From Eledone cirrhosa (lineage: Eukaryota): a stretch of DNA of 64,000 nt. The position numbers were made by a program, and so were the translations under genes. The DNA is taken from assembly GCA_964016885.1 (NCBI GenBank), contig OZ024741.1, positions 329,468,001-329,532,000 of the forward strand, given 5' to 3'. Under the pieces are notes generated by a model. That model was not told the DNA's origin and ran no database searches. It worked only from the letters and a program-made list of their open reading frames with translations. Shown here one piece after another: positions 29,672 to 43,010 of the stretch (the stretch's first letter is position 1; each line of letters opens with the position of its first letter).

Positions 29672-30277
29672 CATGGTGGCTGCCAACTCGTTTTCGAGTA
29701 CGGCCACTACTTTATATCCATGTAGGAGAACCCCTACCGATGCGCTGAACGAGTGTGAATTTTTAGTCCAGCCAGCGACTTGAAAACTCTGGTACAAACA
29801 CTACACTTGTGACAATCATTGACACATAGTGCTGGGCACATGGTACCATGTGATGACAAATGCAGAGAGATCTCCAGATATAAAGCAATGCCTGTGCCGT
29901 GAAGCTTTTATAGTGAGCAAAGGCACTGCACAAAGCCAGTCCCACTCTCTTAACCAAGATGATATTTACCAAAAAGAAGAACAAGTCAACATCATTGGAT
30001 ACCATCAGGGTTGCAGGTGTTATATCAGAGTTTTCCTTCTCCTAGAATTCTGCCTTGACAAAGGCTAAGGGGTCATCTCTCCCAGTGATTTTGGATGGCC
30101 ATTGACTCTTAAGAGCTCCTTTGCCCTTTGACAGGTTTTGTTTTTAGTCCTGCAGGATGTCCAAAGTCACCCTCCTCACCAAGAAACCTTGGTGGGGTTG
30201 CCAGTTTAGTCGCCAACGACCATGAGACAGGTTGTACTGGGATACATGTTATCAGTAGCACCAACTGGTGACCTGAC
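29672..30277 (-). mobile_element. Non-coding interspersed repeat flanked by (CATA)n; partial second copy at 40195-40477
   Basis: About 285 bp are near-identical between the two copies. The element contains ctaggagaaggaaaactctga, which recalls RTE-type 5' UTRs. Strand is inferred. Confidence 0.6.
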
Positions 30278-30360
30278 ATACATACATACATACATACATA
30301 CATACATACATACATACATACATACATACATACATACATACATACATACATACATACATA

Positions 30361-30800
30361 GAAATCTGCAGATACTCCACCATGATTACACCTTCAGATT
30401 TATGCCTGTGATTATTGGGGCACTGGGGTATATTAGTAACTGCCTCAATACAAATCTTGAGAAGCTAGGCTTCACAGGAACAGAAAGAACACAACTAGTT
30501 AGGAAATTACAAGTACAATCCATTAATGGAACAGTAAAAATATGTAAAACATTCCAAATATTTTGCATCTAATAACTGCATATACACATGTACAGATACA
30601 AAGCATATACACATGCACACATACAACTCAAAACATACACATCCACACATACAATAACATCCATATCTACACATGCATGCATACATACATATCTACCTAG
30701 ATGATGTTGTGTAAATTCCAATGAGAGAGTCTTGTGTCTATGTTTAAAACCGACTCTCTCTCTATTGGTAAAACTTTGTGAAATTATAAAACCAGAAGAA
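30361..30800 (+). mobile_element. 3' fragment of a second RLE-clade non-LTR element flanked by (CATA)n
   Basis: RNLQILHHDYTFRFMPVIIGALGY...LQVQSINGTVKICKTF. (TACA)n lies upstream and catacataca downstream. Confidence 0.65.
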
Positions 30801-31100
30801 CATACATACAGTGAGAGATGTCAGATAAAATAAATTCGATTATATTACTACATGTTTGTTGATATCTTCATCCAATGTTTGATAATGAATCTGTATTCTC
30901 TCAACTAAGATGTTAAGTATAACTAAATAAACTATTAACATATGTTAACGGTGTTTCTTTATATTCAAGTAATTTATTTTGTCTGCTACCACCCACATTA
31001 AGTTGTCGTTTCAACGACGATGGTGAGTTTTCAGCTGTTTAATTGATTGAACGTCGAACAATTGATTGACTGTCGATGGAATTAGTCGACTTATATAAAA

Positions 31101-32088
<988 letters not shown>

Positions 32089-32264
32089 TACGACGACATA
32101 AGCGAATACATTATGTCCACCTCTTAATGTAAATCCTAGGCAGAATCAGCGACACAATGTGTTACAAGGCTGGACCTTTAAATTACAAGTACTACAATCC
32201 AGCTTGGATTATAGTGTAAGTAGTGGAATATTCATTCCACAGACACATGTACCATTAATGGTAG

Positions 32265-32475
32265 TTTGGCAGTATCGGTAGAGCGTTGGACAACATGCTA
32301 AGCGGCACATAGTTACGTCATTTTACGTTCTGAGTTCAAAACCCGCCGATGTTAGTTTTGCCTTTCATCCTTAAGGGGTCGATAAAATAAAGTACCAGTA
32401 ACATACTGGAGTCGATGAAATCAACTTTCCCCTCTCCAAAAATTGTTGACCTTATGCCTAAATGAAAAACCATTA
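32265..32475 (+). mobile_element. Nin-type SINE
   Basis: Full head, core and tail. Confidence 0.8.
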
Positions 32476-32602
32476 TAGTGTATGTAGTTGGGAATCCCAC
32501 AGTTACGTCTACCCTAAACGTAATTCCCGAGCCAAATCAGCATGACACTGTGTATGTGACAAGACTGAATTGCAGGTACTACAATCCAGCTAGTAAGAAC
32601 GA

Positions 32603-32790
32603 TGGAGTGACAGTATCGGTAGAGGGTCGGACGCCATGCTTTGCAGCACAGAGGTACGGCCCTTTACGGTCTGAGTTCAAATCCCACCGAGGTTAACTTT
32701 GCCTTTCATCCTTATGAGGTCGATAAAATAAAGTACCAGTAATGTACTGAGGTAATTGCTGGCCTTGTACCAAAAGTAGAAACAATTATT
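32603..32790 (+). mobile_element. Nin-type SINE
   Basis: Full head, core and tail. Confidence 0.85.
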
Positions 32791-33079
32791 GTTTAAGTGG
32801 TTGAATATTCATTCCACAGACACGTGTATCCTTAACGTATTTCCCGAGCTATCTTATAACTCGGTGCTCTGGCAGATACTGTTATTTCAACATCAGTCTT
32901 TGCTGTTAGACCAAATTTAGTTTCTTTTAATACATACAAGAAATGCAATGATTTTTCTTCCTTCTTCTGTATTAGATAATCTCTGTAAAAGATTCAGTCC
33001 TACTCGTATCCCTAGGCAACCTCAAACCATAAATATCTATGGCGCCAACTACTTGTTACTATAAAATAACCTATTCCAC

Positions 33080-33340
33080 TGCCAATTGCAATTTTTCACA
33101 AATGACCAGTTTTGTTGACATTTTTATCAACGCTTTTCTGCTTTCAATTTTCCACCTTTCTAACTTTTCTTCTAACAGCAGCCACTTTACAATTCTCGAA
33201 CGAAAATTGCATTTTGATTTACTTGATAAATGTAACTTTATCTCTTGATTTCGCCATTCTTGGAATGTATTTTCAATTGCGGGAAGTTGCTCTCGTGCAA
33301 ATTATATAACTTCAACTGAGAACTTAAAGATCGACACATT
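33080..33340 (-). mobile_element. Possible pogo/Tigger transposase N-terminal remnant
   Basis: Manual translation ENTFQEWRNQEIKL...KCNFRSRIVKWLLLEEKLERWKIESRK...MSTKLVICE resembles Brinker/CENP-B HTH domains; degraded. Confidence 0.35.
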
Positions 33341-33916
33341 CCAAACAAAAGTTGTAAGCTTTCGGGCTAGATCACTCATCTAAGTATATCTGCCTTCCTC
33401 CTTCCCAAGTGTGTTTTGGATGGCCGGAAAATAGTCATATGTACTGCTTCCATCCATTTGTAAGCAGTAACCAGAGAACATTTTTTGGGGGGGCTCAAAT
33501 AAAGCTCTTCATTGGAAACCCCATAATTATTTATGCTTATCTCTGTAGACTTCTTCTACTTCTACTTACACATGAATTTCAGAATCCGCGATAAACAAAC
33601 TTTAAAAGAGGCAACCCTCTGTCATTATCAGCATCTTAATTCAATAACAAAACCAATAACAACAGCTTTGCTTATGTTGATAACCAGAAGTAATGGAACG
33701 GGTATGCTGTATACGACTTTACCACTTCTTACACGGGTGATACATCCATATTTTCTTATATATTTAAATATATAACTGATGTTATTACATTGAGCTATTT
33801 ATCTTACTGGTAATAAGGTAGTAATAAATTACTGACCTTCACTGTTTAGGGTTTAAAATATATATAACTATAAAAGGTTTTAGTATATACATAACCATAA
33901 ATAGTATCCTTAATAT

Positions 33917-34012
<96 letters not shown>

Positions 34013-34192
34013 TGAGGGAGGAGGATGGATAGATAGATTTTCTCATTCTATCTTCTGATAAAAGACTAGTCTACGAAACATAAAGATTCTTTTCCTACTA
34101 TAGCAAACGTTAAATTAATATATTTCTTCATTGTATTGTGTTGTTTGTTTTGTTGTTTCCGTTTACATTTGTATATATATATATATATATAA

Positions 34193-34271
<79 letters not shown>

Positions 34272-34341
34272 TATATACATATATGCACATATATATGTAT
34301 ATATACATACATATATACATGCATATACACACACATATACT

Positions 34342-34450
<109 letters not shown>

Positions 34451-34734
34451 TAGGAAGCTAACCAGTAGATTCGCCAGGGGAAGACATTGGAAACATCCTA
34501 ATGTTTGATGAATGGAGATTCCGCTTTGATATTTACAAATAATCAATCAAAGCTGATAAGTCAAACAATTTCCTTAGAAACCCCAGAGTAAAGAGTCTCA
34601 ACATTGGACTGACACTGAAACACGAATGGATTCTTTTCTCCAAATTAGGTAGGACCGCTTAGTTACAACAACAACTGTAATAGCAGAAACAACAATATGG
34701 ACTGAAACAACCATGTTTGGTTTGCTAGAAATAG

Positions 34735-35400
34735 TAGAGAAACCATGCTGGTTGGAGTTCAGGTAATTGTTGTTTTCAAGGAAGTGAGCTATGCGTGATC
34801 TCACCACCCTTTCAATCAAATACCTTAATGATGTGATAAATTAATGAGATCAGGTGAGAATTCATTGCAAAGGACTTGTTTCTCTTTTTGAAAATTGCGA
34901 CGAAAACCTAGGATAAAAAATGTTCAGGGATATAGCCATCGTACAGTGAGTTTCTTTAGATATTAGCCAGGGGGGGGGTGCAAGTTAATGTCAACACACC
35001 TTCGGGAAATTAGTAGAGAACATATCGGGACCTACTGCTGAGCTGTGCATAATTTTGCTTATTTCCACTAAGATATCAGGGGCGACAAATATGGTCTGTT
35101 GGGGGTTAACTTAAACCATATCAGGATTGCTAAAAACGGAGAACTATTGTTTCTACAGTATCTCATCCATGGTCTTAATATTATCATGGAGAGCGTTATT
35201 TTCATAAATCAGCGAGCCAAAAGTGGAGAGAGCAACTTTGTGTTGAAAAGAAAACCTTGGGATTGAGTTTAATTTTCTCAGTGGCCCATTCCTCCTGAAC
35301 TCTTTGGTTATTGATGACAATCATCATGGAGTTGTCAAGAGTTTTTTGTTTTTTTTCGAGCACTGCTATAGCAGTCGAATGGGTATGTTACTGCAGTCTT
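34735..35400 (-). mobile_element. Old CR1-like LINE fragment
   Basis: IERVVRSRIAHFLENNNYLNSNQHGF and a degraded upstream SAVGPD-like segment. Confidence 0.55.
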
Positions 35401-35753
35401 GTCTGTTGATTCTTCGGCAAGTGCACGGGGGAAATTAAACACCAGAGTAACAAGGCTCACCACTTAGCCATTCAATGAGTATATGTGTGTGCATGAAAGG
35501 TAAACGGAAAACAACTTAGCAAACGCTAGAGTACAATGAAGATGTATATGAGTTTAACGCTTGCTAATAGCAGAAAAAGTGTTTTAACATTTTGGTCTCT
35601 ACTCATTCATCAGAAAATAGAATGAGAAATAAAAGAAGAAATTGAAAGACAGAGGAGGGTGAGAAGAAGGAACGAAACAAAAACTGTCGTTTTTTTTTTC
35701 GGAAAAACCTGTGTTCAAACTTCTCTCTCTCTCTTTCTCTCTCTTTCTTTCTT

Positions 35754-35815
<62 letters not shown>

Positions 35816-35818
<3 letters not shown>

Positions 35819-36640
35819 CGTTTCTGAATTTGTTTAGCATGATTCTTTATCTGAAATCGTGTGTTGAAACCGATATTGTTATACTTTGGGAGGGTCGTGT
35901 TGCCAATAAGAAACACATGCACCAGTTGCTTTCACTTCAATTTATTATAATAAATTTATAAATTTAGGAATTTATAAATCTATAAATTTCTGGTTGGCTG
36001 GTTGGTTCCACAACCAGATAGTTGTTTACATATTGTCAAAGTTCTTTCGTCACACATTCTGTGACCTCTTCAGTGACTGGGGATTCTTTTCTTTGTTTTT
36101 GTGCCTCTCCTTTGTTCTGTCCTACGCCATTTTGTTTCTGTGTGTGTGTTGTGTGCTCAGTCTGCGCACGCGCCACATCCGGGTGTCTGTGTGTGTTTAT
36201 ATTTGTTTATTTATTTGTTTATTTACATGTTACCGGTTGGTTGTTTGTTCTATGTGTGTGTGTGTTTTCATTTTGTCCTTAATTGTAAGTTGTGATGTTG
36301 CTGTTCCACTCATATTTTCTATTTAATTTTGGTTGTAATTCTTTTATGTTTATTGCCTCTGTGATTTGTCTAAACATTGCGTCTTTTCTGTGTGTAGATT
36401 CTATTTTTATTTCTATGTTCTCTAATTTACCCTTATGTTCTATTTTAGCATGTTGGTAGAGTACAGATGATTCTTTACTATCTTGAAGGTCTCGCCAGTG
36501 TTAATTTATCCGTTCCCCTATACTACGGGCTGTCTCACCTATGTACACTATATTTTTGTCTCTACATTGTCCTTCAGTACATCTTATGCTATACACTACA
36601 TTTCTAGTTTTACAGTTAATATGGGGGCTTAATATGGATC
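35816..36640 (-). mobile_element. Penelope-like 3' fragment: GIY-YIG endonuclease remnant plus pseudo-LTR with hammerhead
   Basis: Manual translation of 36640-36300 (-): NCKTRNVVYSIRCTEGQC...VYIGETARSIGERIN*H...EAINIKELQPKLNRKYEW. Hammerhead at 36035-36077. Confidence 0.82.
36035..36077 (-). ncRNA. Minimal hammerhead ribozyme in PLE pseudo-LTR
   Basis: GUCA-CUGAAGA-G-GUCACA gaaug UGUGAC-GAAA-GAAC-UU-UGAC. Confidence 0.65.
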
Positions 36641-36704
36641 TTCTGAAGTTCGGATCTAGCTGTGGAAACGGCTGGAGCTCTGCCGTCGGGGTCCTGAGTC
36701 TTTT

Positions 36705-36765
<61 letters not shown>

Positions 36766-36836
36766 AATCCAGTTAAGGGTGAAAGCAGCGATTATTTGCT
36801 TAAAGTTTAATCGGTACTTATAATATATATATATAT

Positions 36837-36902
<66 letters not shown>

Positions 36903-37414
36903 TAAATTAGCGAGAATCGTATTTCGGCTATTGGAAATTAGCGAAAAACAACTTCCGAGATGTGTGGCAAGCGCTCCATAGAAGCTAGTGAACTAGAGCT
37001 ACAACATAAGTTAAAAGGCCAAACACACTGAGACGATGGTTAAACCATTATCCGCACAGCCATAGAAACGACCAAGTAATTCGGGTCAAACAAATAAAAT
37101 ATGATTGAAAATTATACCCGTGATTGAGGTGGTGGTAGTGGTAGTTGTAATGGTGGTGGTGGTGGTACACCGGTGGTAGGTGTTGTGATTGTGATGATGG
37201 TAGTTGTGATTGTGATGGGTGGGGCACCAGTTATGGTGGTGCTGGTTGTGATGGTGGTGGAGGTGGGAGTGGGGTGGTCGCGGTGAGAAATCTCTTGTGA
37301 TCCATCACTAAAAACGTGATAAGTGATCAGACATTGATAAACCAACGGCCTATGACGCTGGCTTGCTTGGTCGTTGTTGGTTGCCATTAGCAAATACTAC
37401 TACTACTACTACTT

Positions 37415-37448
<34 letters not shown>

Positions 37449-38059
37449 TACTACTACTACTACAACTACTACTACTACTGCTGCTGCTGCTGCTCGTGCT
37501 ACTACTACTACTACAACCACTACTACTTCTATTACTACTACTTCCACTACTACCACCACTACTACTAACATTACTACTATCACTACTACTACCACGACTA
37601 TCACTAACACTACCACCACTACCACATCCATTACTAGTATTAGACTACTAACACAACCACTACTATCATCACCACTACCCCTACTACTACTAACATTACC
37701 TCCACTATCACTACTACTACTACTACTACTACTACTGATATTAGTACTACTACTACTACAATTACTACTACTACAACTACTACTTCAGAGCGAAGTCAGT
37801 ATAACATCAATTTTAGATATGACACTTAAGCTGCTGTTGTTGATGATGATGGTGATGATGATGATGAGAGTAATAATGATGATAGGAGTGATGATGATGA
37901 TGATGATGAGAGGAATAATGATGATGATGATGAAGATGAAGATGATGGGGATGGTGCTGATAATGATGAAGATGGGGCTGGTGATAAGGATGATGATGGT
38001 GAAGAGGAGGAGGGGGATAGTGATGATAAAAGGGGGTGTTACTGCTGCCGATGATGATA

Positions 38060-38106
<47 letters not shown>

Positions 38107-38319
38107 AAGGATGGTGATGATGATGTTTCTAAAAATCAATGTCATTAATTATCTGATACGGCAATTAGATAATTAGATTAAAAGGAATGAGATCGATACA
38201 TTAATTCGATCTTCGGTGACTTACTTTTGCAATTGACATAAATCGTTTCTGTCTTGGGAGATCTTCTCTGGTCACCAAAGTTAATATTAGAAAAGTTTGC
38301 AATAGATAAATGTATGCAT

Positions 38320-38432
<113 letters not shown>

Positions 38433-38472
38433 ATATATTAACAAATGGAAACTATATTTATAGAACCATATT

Positions 38473-38538
38473 TATTTCTTTATACATATTTCAAGGGTCA
38501 CCAAGGCAAATTATGGTGCGCTTTCATCAGATAAAATA
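38473..38538 (-). ncRNA. Type I hammerhead ribozyme (left arm)
   Basis: Same motif as 2683-2748. Confidence 0.7.
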
Positions 38539-38759
38539 TAATATAGATCAGTTTTATAAATACATATTGACATACCCTTAAAGAATGCGACCATGTCGGT
38601 TGGAAGCTCCCGGATAGTGGGGTTACTAATTTTATTATTGGTCTATTATGCAAATTAGTGTCGGAGAGGTTTAAATCCCGTATATTTAAATTAAGCCGTT
38701 GGAATAGGGAATATTCCAACGGCTTAATTTAAATGTTGTAATTTAAATGGTATATATTG

Positions 38760-38824
38760 TATTTTGTCTGATGAAGGCATACCATAATTTAACATGGTAT
38801 CCTTGAAATATGTATAATAAAATA
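38760..38824 (+). ncRNA. Type I hammerhead ribozyme (right arm)
   Basis: UAUUUUGU-CUGAUGA-AGGCAUACCAU..AUGGUAUCCUU-GAAA-UAUGUA-UA-AUAAAAUA. Confidence 0.8.
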
Positions 38825-38863
38825 AATATGGTTTTATAAATATAGTTTCCATTTGTTAATATC

Positions 38864-38926
<63 letters not shown>

Positions 38927-39114
38927 CATATACTTATATATATATATATACATATATATATACGCACACATACACACATACACAATTATATATATATATA
39001 CGCACACATACACACATACACAATTATATATATATATACGCACACATACATAAACGTATACACACACACACATAAACATACACATACACATACAGGGAAA
39101 TATACAGACATATA

Positions 39115-40060
39115 TATATGTTTACAAGATCTGGATGCCATATACAAATGGGCGGAAGAAAACAACATGCAGTTTAATGCTGGCAAATTCCAAGCCCTAC
39201 AATACGAACCTTCAAACAAACCTGCAAACACAAATATAGTACAACACAATTACACAGGACCAGGAGGCACCGATATCCCCGTGTCAAGATCGATATGAGA
39301 CCTGGGCATAGACATGAGCGATGATGCATCTTTTTCCTCACACATCATGAAAGTGGCGACAATGTGCAGACGACTCGCTGGCTGGATCTTGAGGACTTTC
39401 TGGACAAGAGACCGAGACACCATGTTGACACTATGGAGGACATTTGTCCTAAGCCGCCTGGACTACTGCTCCCAGTTGTGGTCACCCCATAGTGTCAAAC
39501 TAACCATGGAGCTTGAGGCAATCCAGCGAAGCTACACCAAGAGGATTGCCACGATGAAGGAGATAAGCTACTGGGAGAGGCTAAAGGAACTGAACCTCTA
39601 CTCCTTGGAACGAATACGGGAGAGATACGCAGTGATCTACATGTGGAAAATCCTGGAGGGACTAGCACCAAACTTTTGCATTAGGAGCTGGACCAACCGT
39701 CGAACAGGACGTCACTGTGTGGTGCCAAAGGTCCCGTCTTCCACATCTAGAATAAGGAGCAGGTATTGCAATAGCCTGGGATTCAAAGGCCCTCAATTCT
39801 TCAACAGGCTACCGAGGGATCTGAGAGATTTGCATGACGTGGAGGTGGATGTCTTCAAGAAACATCTCGACACCTTGCTATCCAGGATCCCGGATGAGCC
39901 CACAGCAAGACACGGGGGAAACCTAAGAGCAGCAGCAACAAACTCCCTCTTACACCAGTGGCCAACCTATACAGGTTGGAGATAAAATGTGTAGCAACAA
40001 GGGCGGTGCCCCAGCATGGCCTCAGCCGGATGGCTGAAACAGGTAAAAGAATAAAAAATA
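39115..40060 (+). mobile_element. CR1-like LINE 3' fragment
   Basis: LQDLDAIYKWAEEN, SRLDYCSQLWSP and ISYWERLKELNLYSLER; 3' tail ggcggtgccccagcatggcc...gtaaaagaataaaa. Confidence 0.85.
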
Positions 40061-40118
40061 TATATATATACAGTATAAACATATACATAGATAAGTATAA
40101 ACATACAAAACATATACA

Positions 40119-40166
<48 letters not shown>

Positions 40167-41295
40167 CATATATTTATATATATATACATATATATGGTGG
40201 CTGCCAACTCGTTTTCGAGTACGGCCACTACTTTATATCCATGTAGGAGAAGCCCTACCGGTGCGCTGAACGAGTGTGGCTTTTTAGTCCAGCCAGCGAC
40301 TTGAAAACTCTGGTACAAACACTACACTTGTGACAATTATTAACACATAGTGCTGGGCCCATGGTACCATGTCACGACAAGTGCAGAGAGATCTCCAGAT
40401 ATAAAGCAATGCCTGTGTCGTGAAGCTTTTATAGTGAGCAAAGGCACTGCACAAAGCCAGTCCCACTCTCTTAACCAATATGTATATATATATACATACA
40501 TATACACACATACACATACATACACACACATATATAACTACACACACAAAACATATACATACATATACATACTCACGTGCATACACACTCGTACGCACGC
40601 ATATATTCTCAACCACACGTAAGGTACATATATGCAAATGTAGATGTATATACATATATAAAAAATATATAAATACATTCACACACATAATTATGATAAA
40701 AAATATATACAACCACATACGCACATATATATAAATAATTACTTATATATAAAAATATACATACATACATACATACATACATACATACATACATACATAC
40801 ATACATACATACATACATACATACATACATACATACACACATACGCATATGTACACATACATACATACATACAACCCATAAATAAAAATATATATATAAA
40901 GAAAGTGGAAGGGGTACTAATAAAGTTGGAAATACGACAAATATAAATAAGAATATAAATGTTTAGAACTGAATTAGAGCACTCAACAAATTCCTGCAGT
41001 AAAATGATATTAAATAATATCTTTGTATGTGTGTTTATATACTTATATATTTATTACCTTTTTTCTTCTTCCTTCAGCCTCACCGTCATATCTCTAATAC
41101 TTTTGCTTTCCAAATCCACATTCAATAAATCCACCAGGATTTTTTCATTCTGACGACTGAAAGCAGATTTATTTGCTTTCAAGAAACCACTGGTAAATGA
41201 AATAATCATCTTATGTTGTTTATTACATAAATAAGCTCTGTAACCTACAGAGAGCACTCTTTTTTCCTGGACTTTTCCGACGGAATTACTTCATT

Positions 41296-41356
<61 letters not shown>

Positions 41357-42282
41357 ACACCCACACACACACACATACATATGCTTACATATAATAATGA
41401 GCTAAAGGTGTTTGTTCACTGTCACGGTAATATGAGTTTCAATCAACGTGTATATATTTTTTCACATTTTGAATTTGCCCGCCAAAAACCGGGGGTTACT
41501 TCCCTTGTTGGAAATAACACGTGACAGTGAAACACAGTAGCAGTTCGGCGTTGCATTCCGCACCGGCTTGAGGTATAGAACGAAATTCCTGTTGATGACG
41601 TGAATCCACTGTTTGATCGTAGAATGCCACAAGCTTACATATTACGTAAGTTGGATTGATGATATCGGGTTCATAGAAACCTATCGGACATATTGCAAAA
41701 TATCGTTCGATTTGTCCAGGTCAGTTGTCTAACCTGATTAGTTTTTTCGTTGTTTTCGTATTGTGTGGCTAGGCTTACCTGCCGCAATTTTCAATTTGTC
41801 AAGCTGTTTAAACGTATGTTATTACTCTAAGGCGTGCAACCTTATCGGGTGCTTTGCTGCTCATTCCTAATTGTAGGTCGTTAGCTTGGCCACAGCCAGA
41901 GCTTCGATTTTACTAACCTTCCACTTGTGTATATATATATATATATATATATATAAATATAAATATATATATATATTATAGTTATAATATTAATAGTATA
42001 CTGATTTACAGATTGATCTATAGTCCAATGCAGTAAGGGTCACGCAGAGCTGTTATATGTAGAAATTTAAATAACACAAAAGATTTAAAGCATTTTTAAA
42101 CTGCCGTGTCTATCTATACAGAGCGGCGGGATTCATCGGAGTTTATTAAAATGCTTAATATTAATTCACGCAGAAAAACATTAGGAACAAATTTTTTTTC
42201 TGCCTCAATTAATATTAAGCTTTAAATCTTTGGTGTCATTTAACATTTCAATTTCAACATATATATATATATATATTTTTTT

Positions 42283-42672
42283 TTTTTTCGTTTCTGGTTT
42301 TGTTTAGCAAGATTCTTTATCTGAAAACGTGTGTTGAAACCGATATTGTTATACTTTGGGACGGTCATGTTGCCAATAAGAAACACACGCACCAGTTTCT
42401 GTGACACACAGAAACAAGATGGCATAGGACAGAACAAAGGAGAGGCACAAAAACAATGAAAATAATCCCCAGTCACTGAAGAGGTCACAGAATGTGTGAC
42501 GAAAGAACTTTGACAATATATAAACAACCAGCTTGTTGTGGAACCAACCAACCAACCAACCGGAAATTTATAAATTCCTAAATTTATAAATTTATTATGA
42601 TAAATTGAAGTGAAAGCAACTGGTGCGTGTGTTTCTTATTGGCAACATGACCCTCCCAAAGTATAACAATAT
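42283..42672. mobile_element. Pseudo-LTR of the 35816 PLE family in inverted (tail-to-tail) arrangement
   Basis: 42283-42397 matches 35816-35928 directly, and 42403-42672 is the reverse complement of about 35873-36145. A minimal version of the same inversion occurs at 63303-63355. Confidence 0.75.
42472..42514 (+). ncRNA. Minimal hammerhead ribozyme, identical motif to 36035-36077
   Basis: gtca ctgaaga g gtcacagaatgtgtgac gaaa gaac tt tgac. Confidence 0.65.
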
Positions 42673-43010
42673 ATATATATACATATTTATATAAATATAT
42701 TTCCTAGTACCCACTCTATATACATATTTATATATATATATATAACTAAGAAAGTGTGGTAAGGAACCAGGTGGACCATAACGCACCAGAGTACTCGATA
42801 CTTAGGGTAGTAGAGTGGGTACTAGGAAATATATATATATAAATATGTATATATATATATATATATTTATTAAAATAACAGATTAAAGTTTTAATAAATA
42901 TTTGCTCTACTGTTCTTATATATTTGATATATATTTATCCTTATCGAGCCTTCTTTGGATTTTAGTCTTCAAATTTATTATTATTACTATTATTATTATT
43001 ATTATTATTA

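Noticed and set aside
37363-38148. 261-aa poly-Thr/Leu/Met/Asp ORF resembling a mucin
   Set aside because: Concatenated (TAC)n and (GAT)n trinucleotide repeats with no complex domain.
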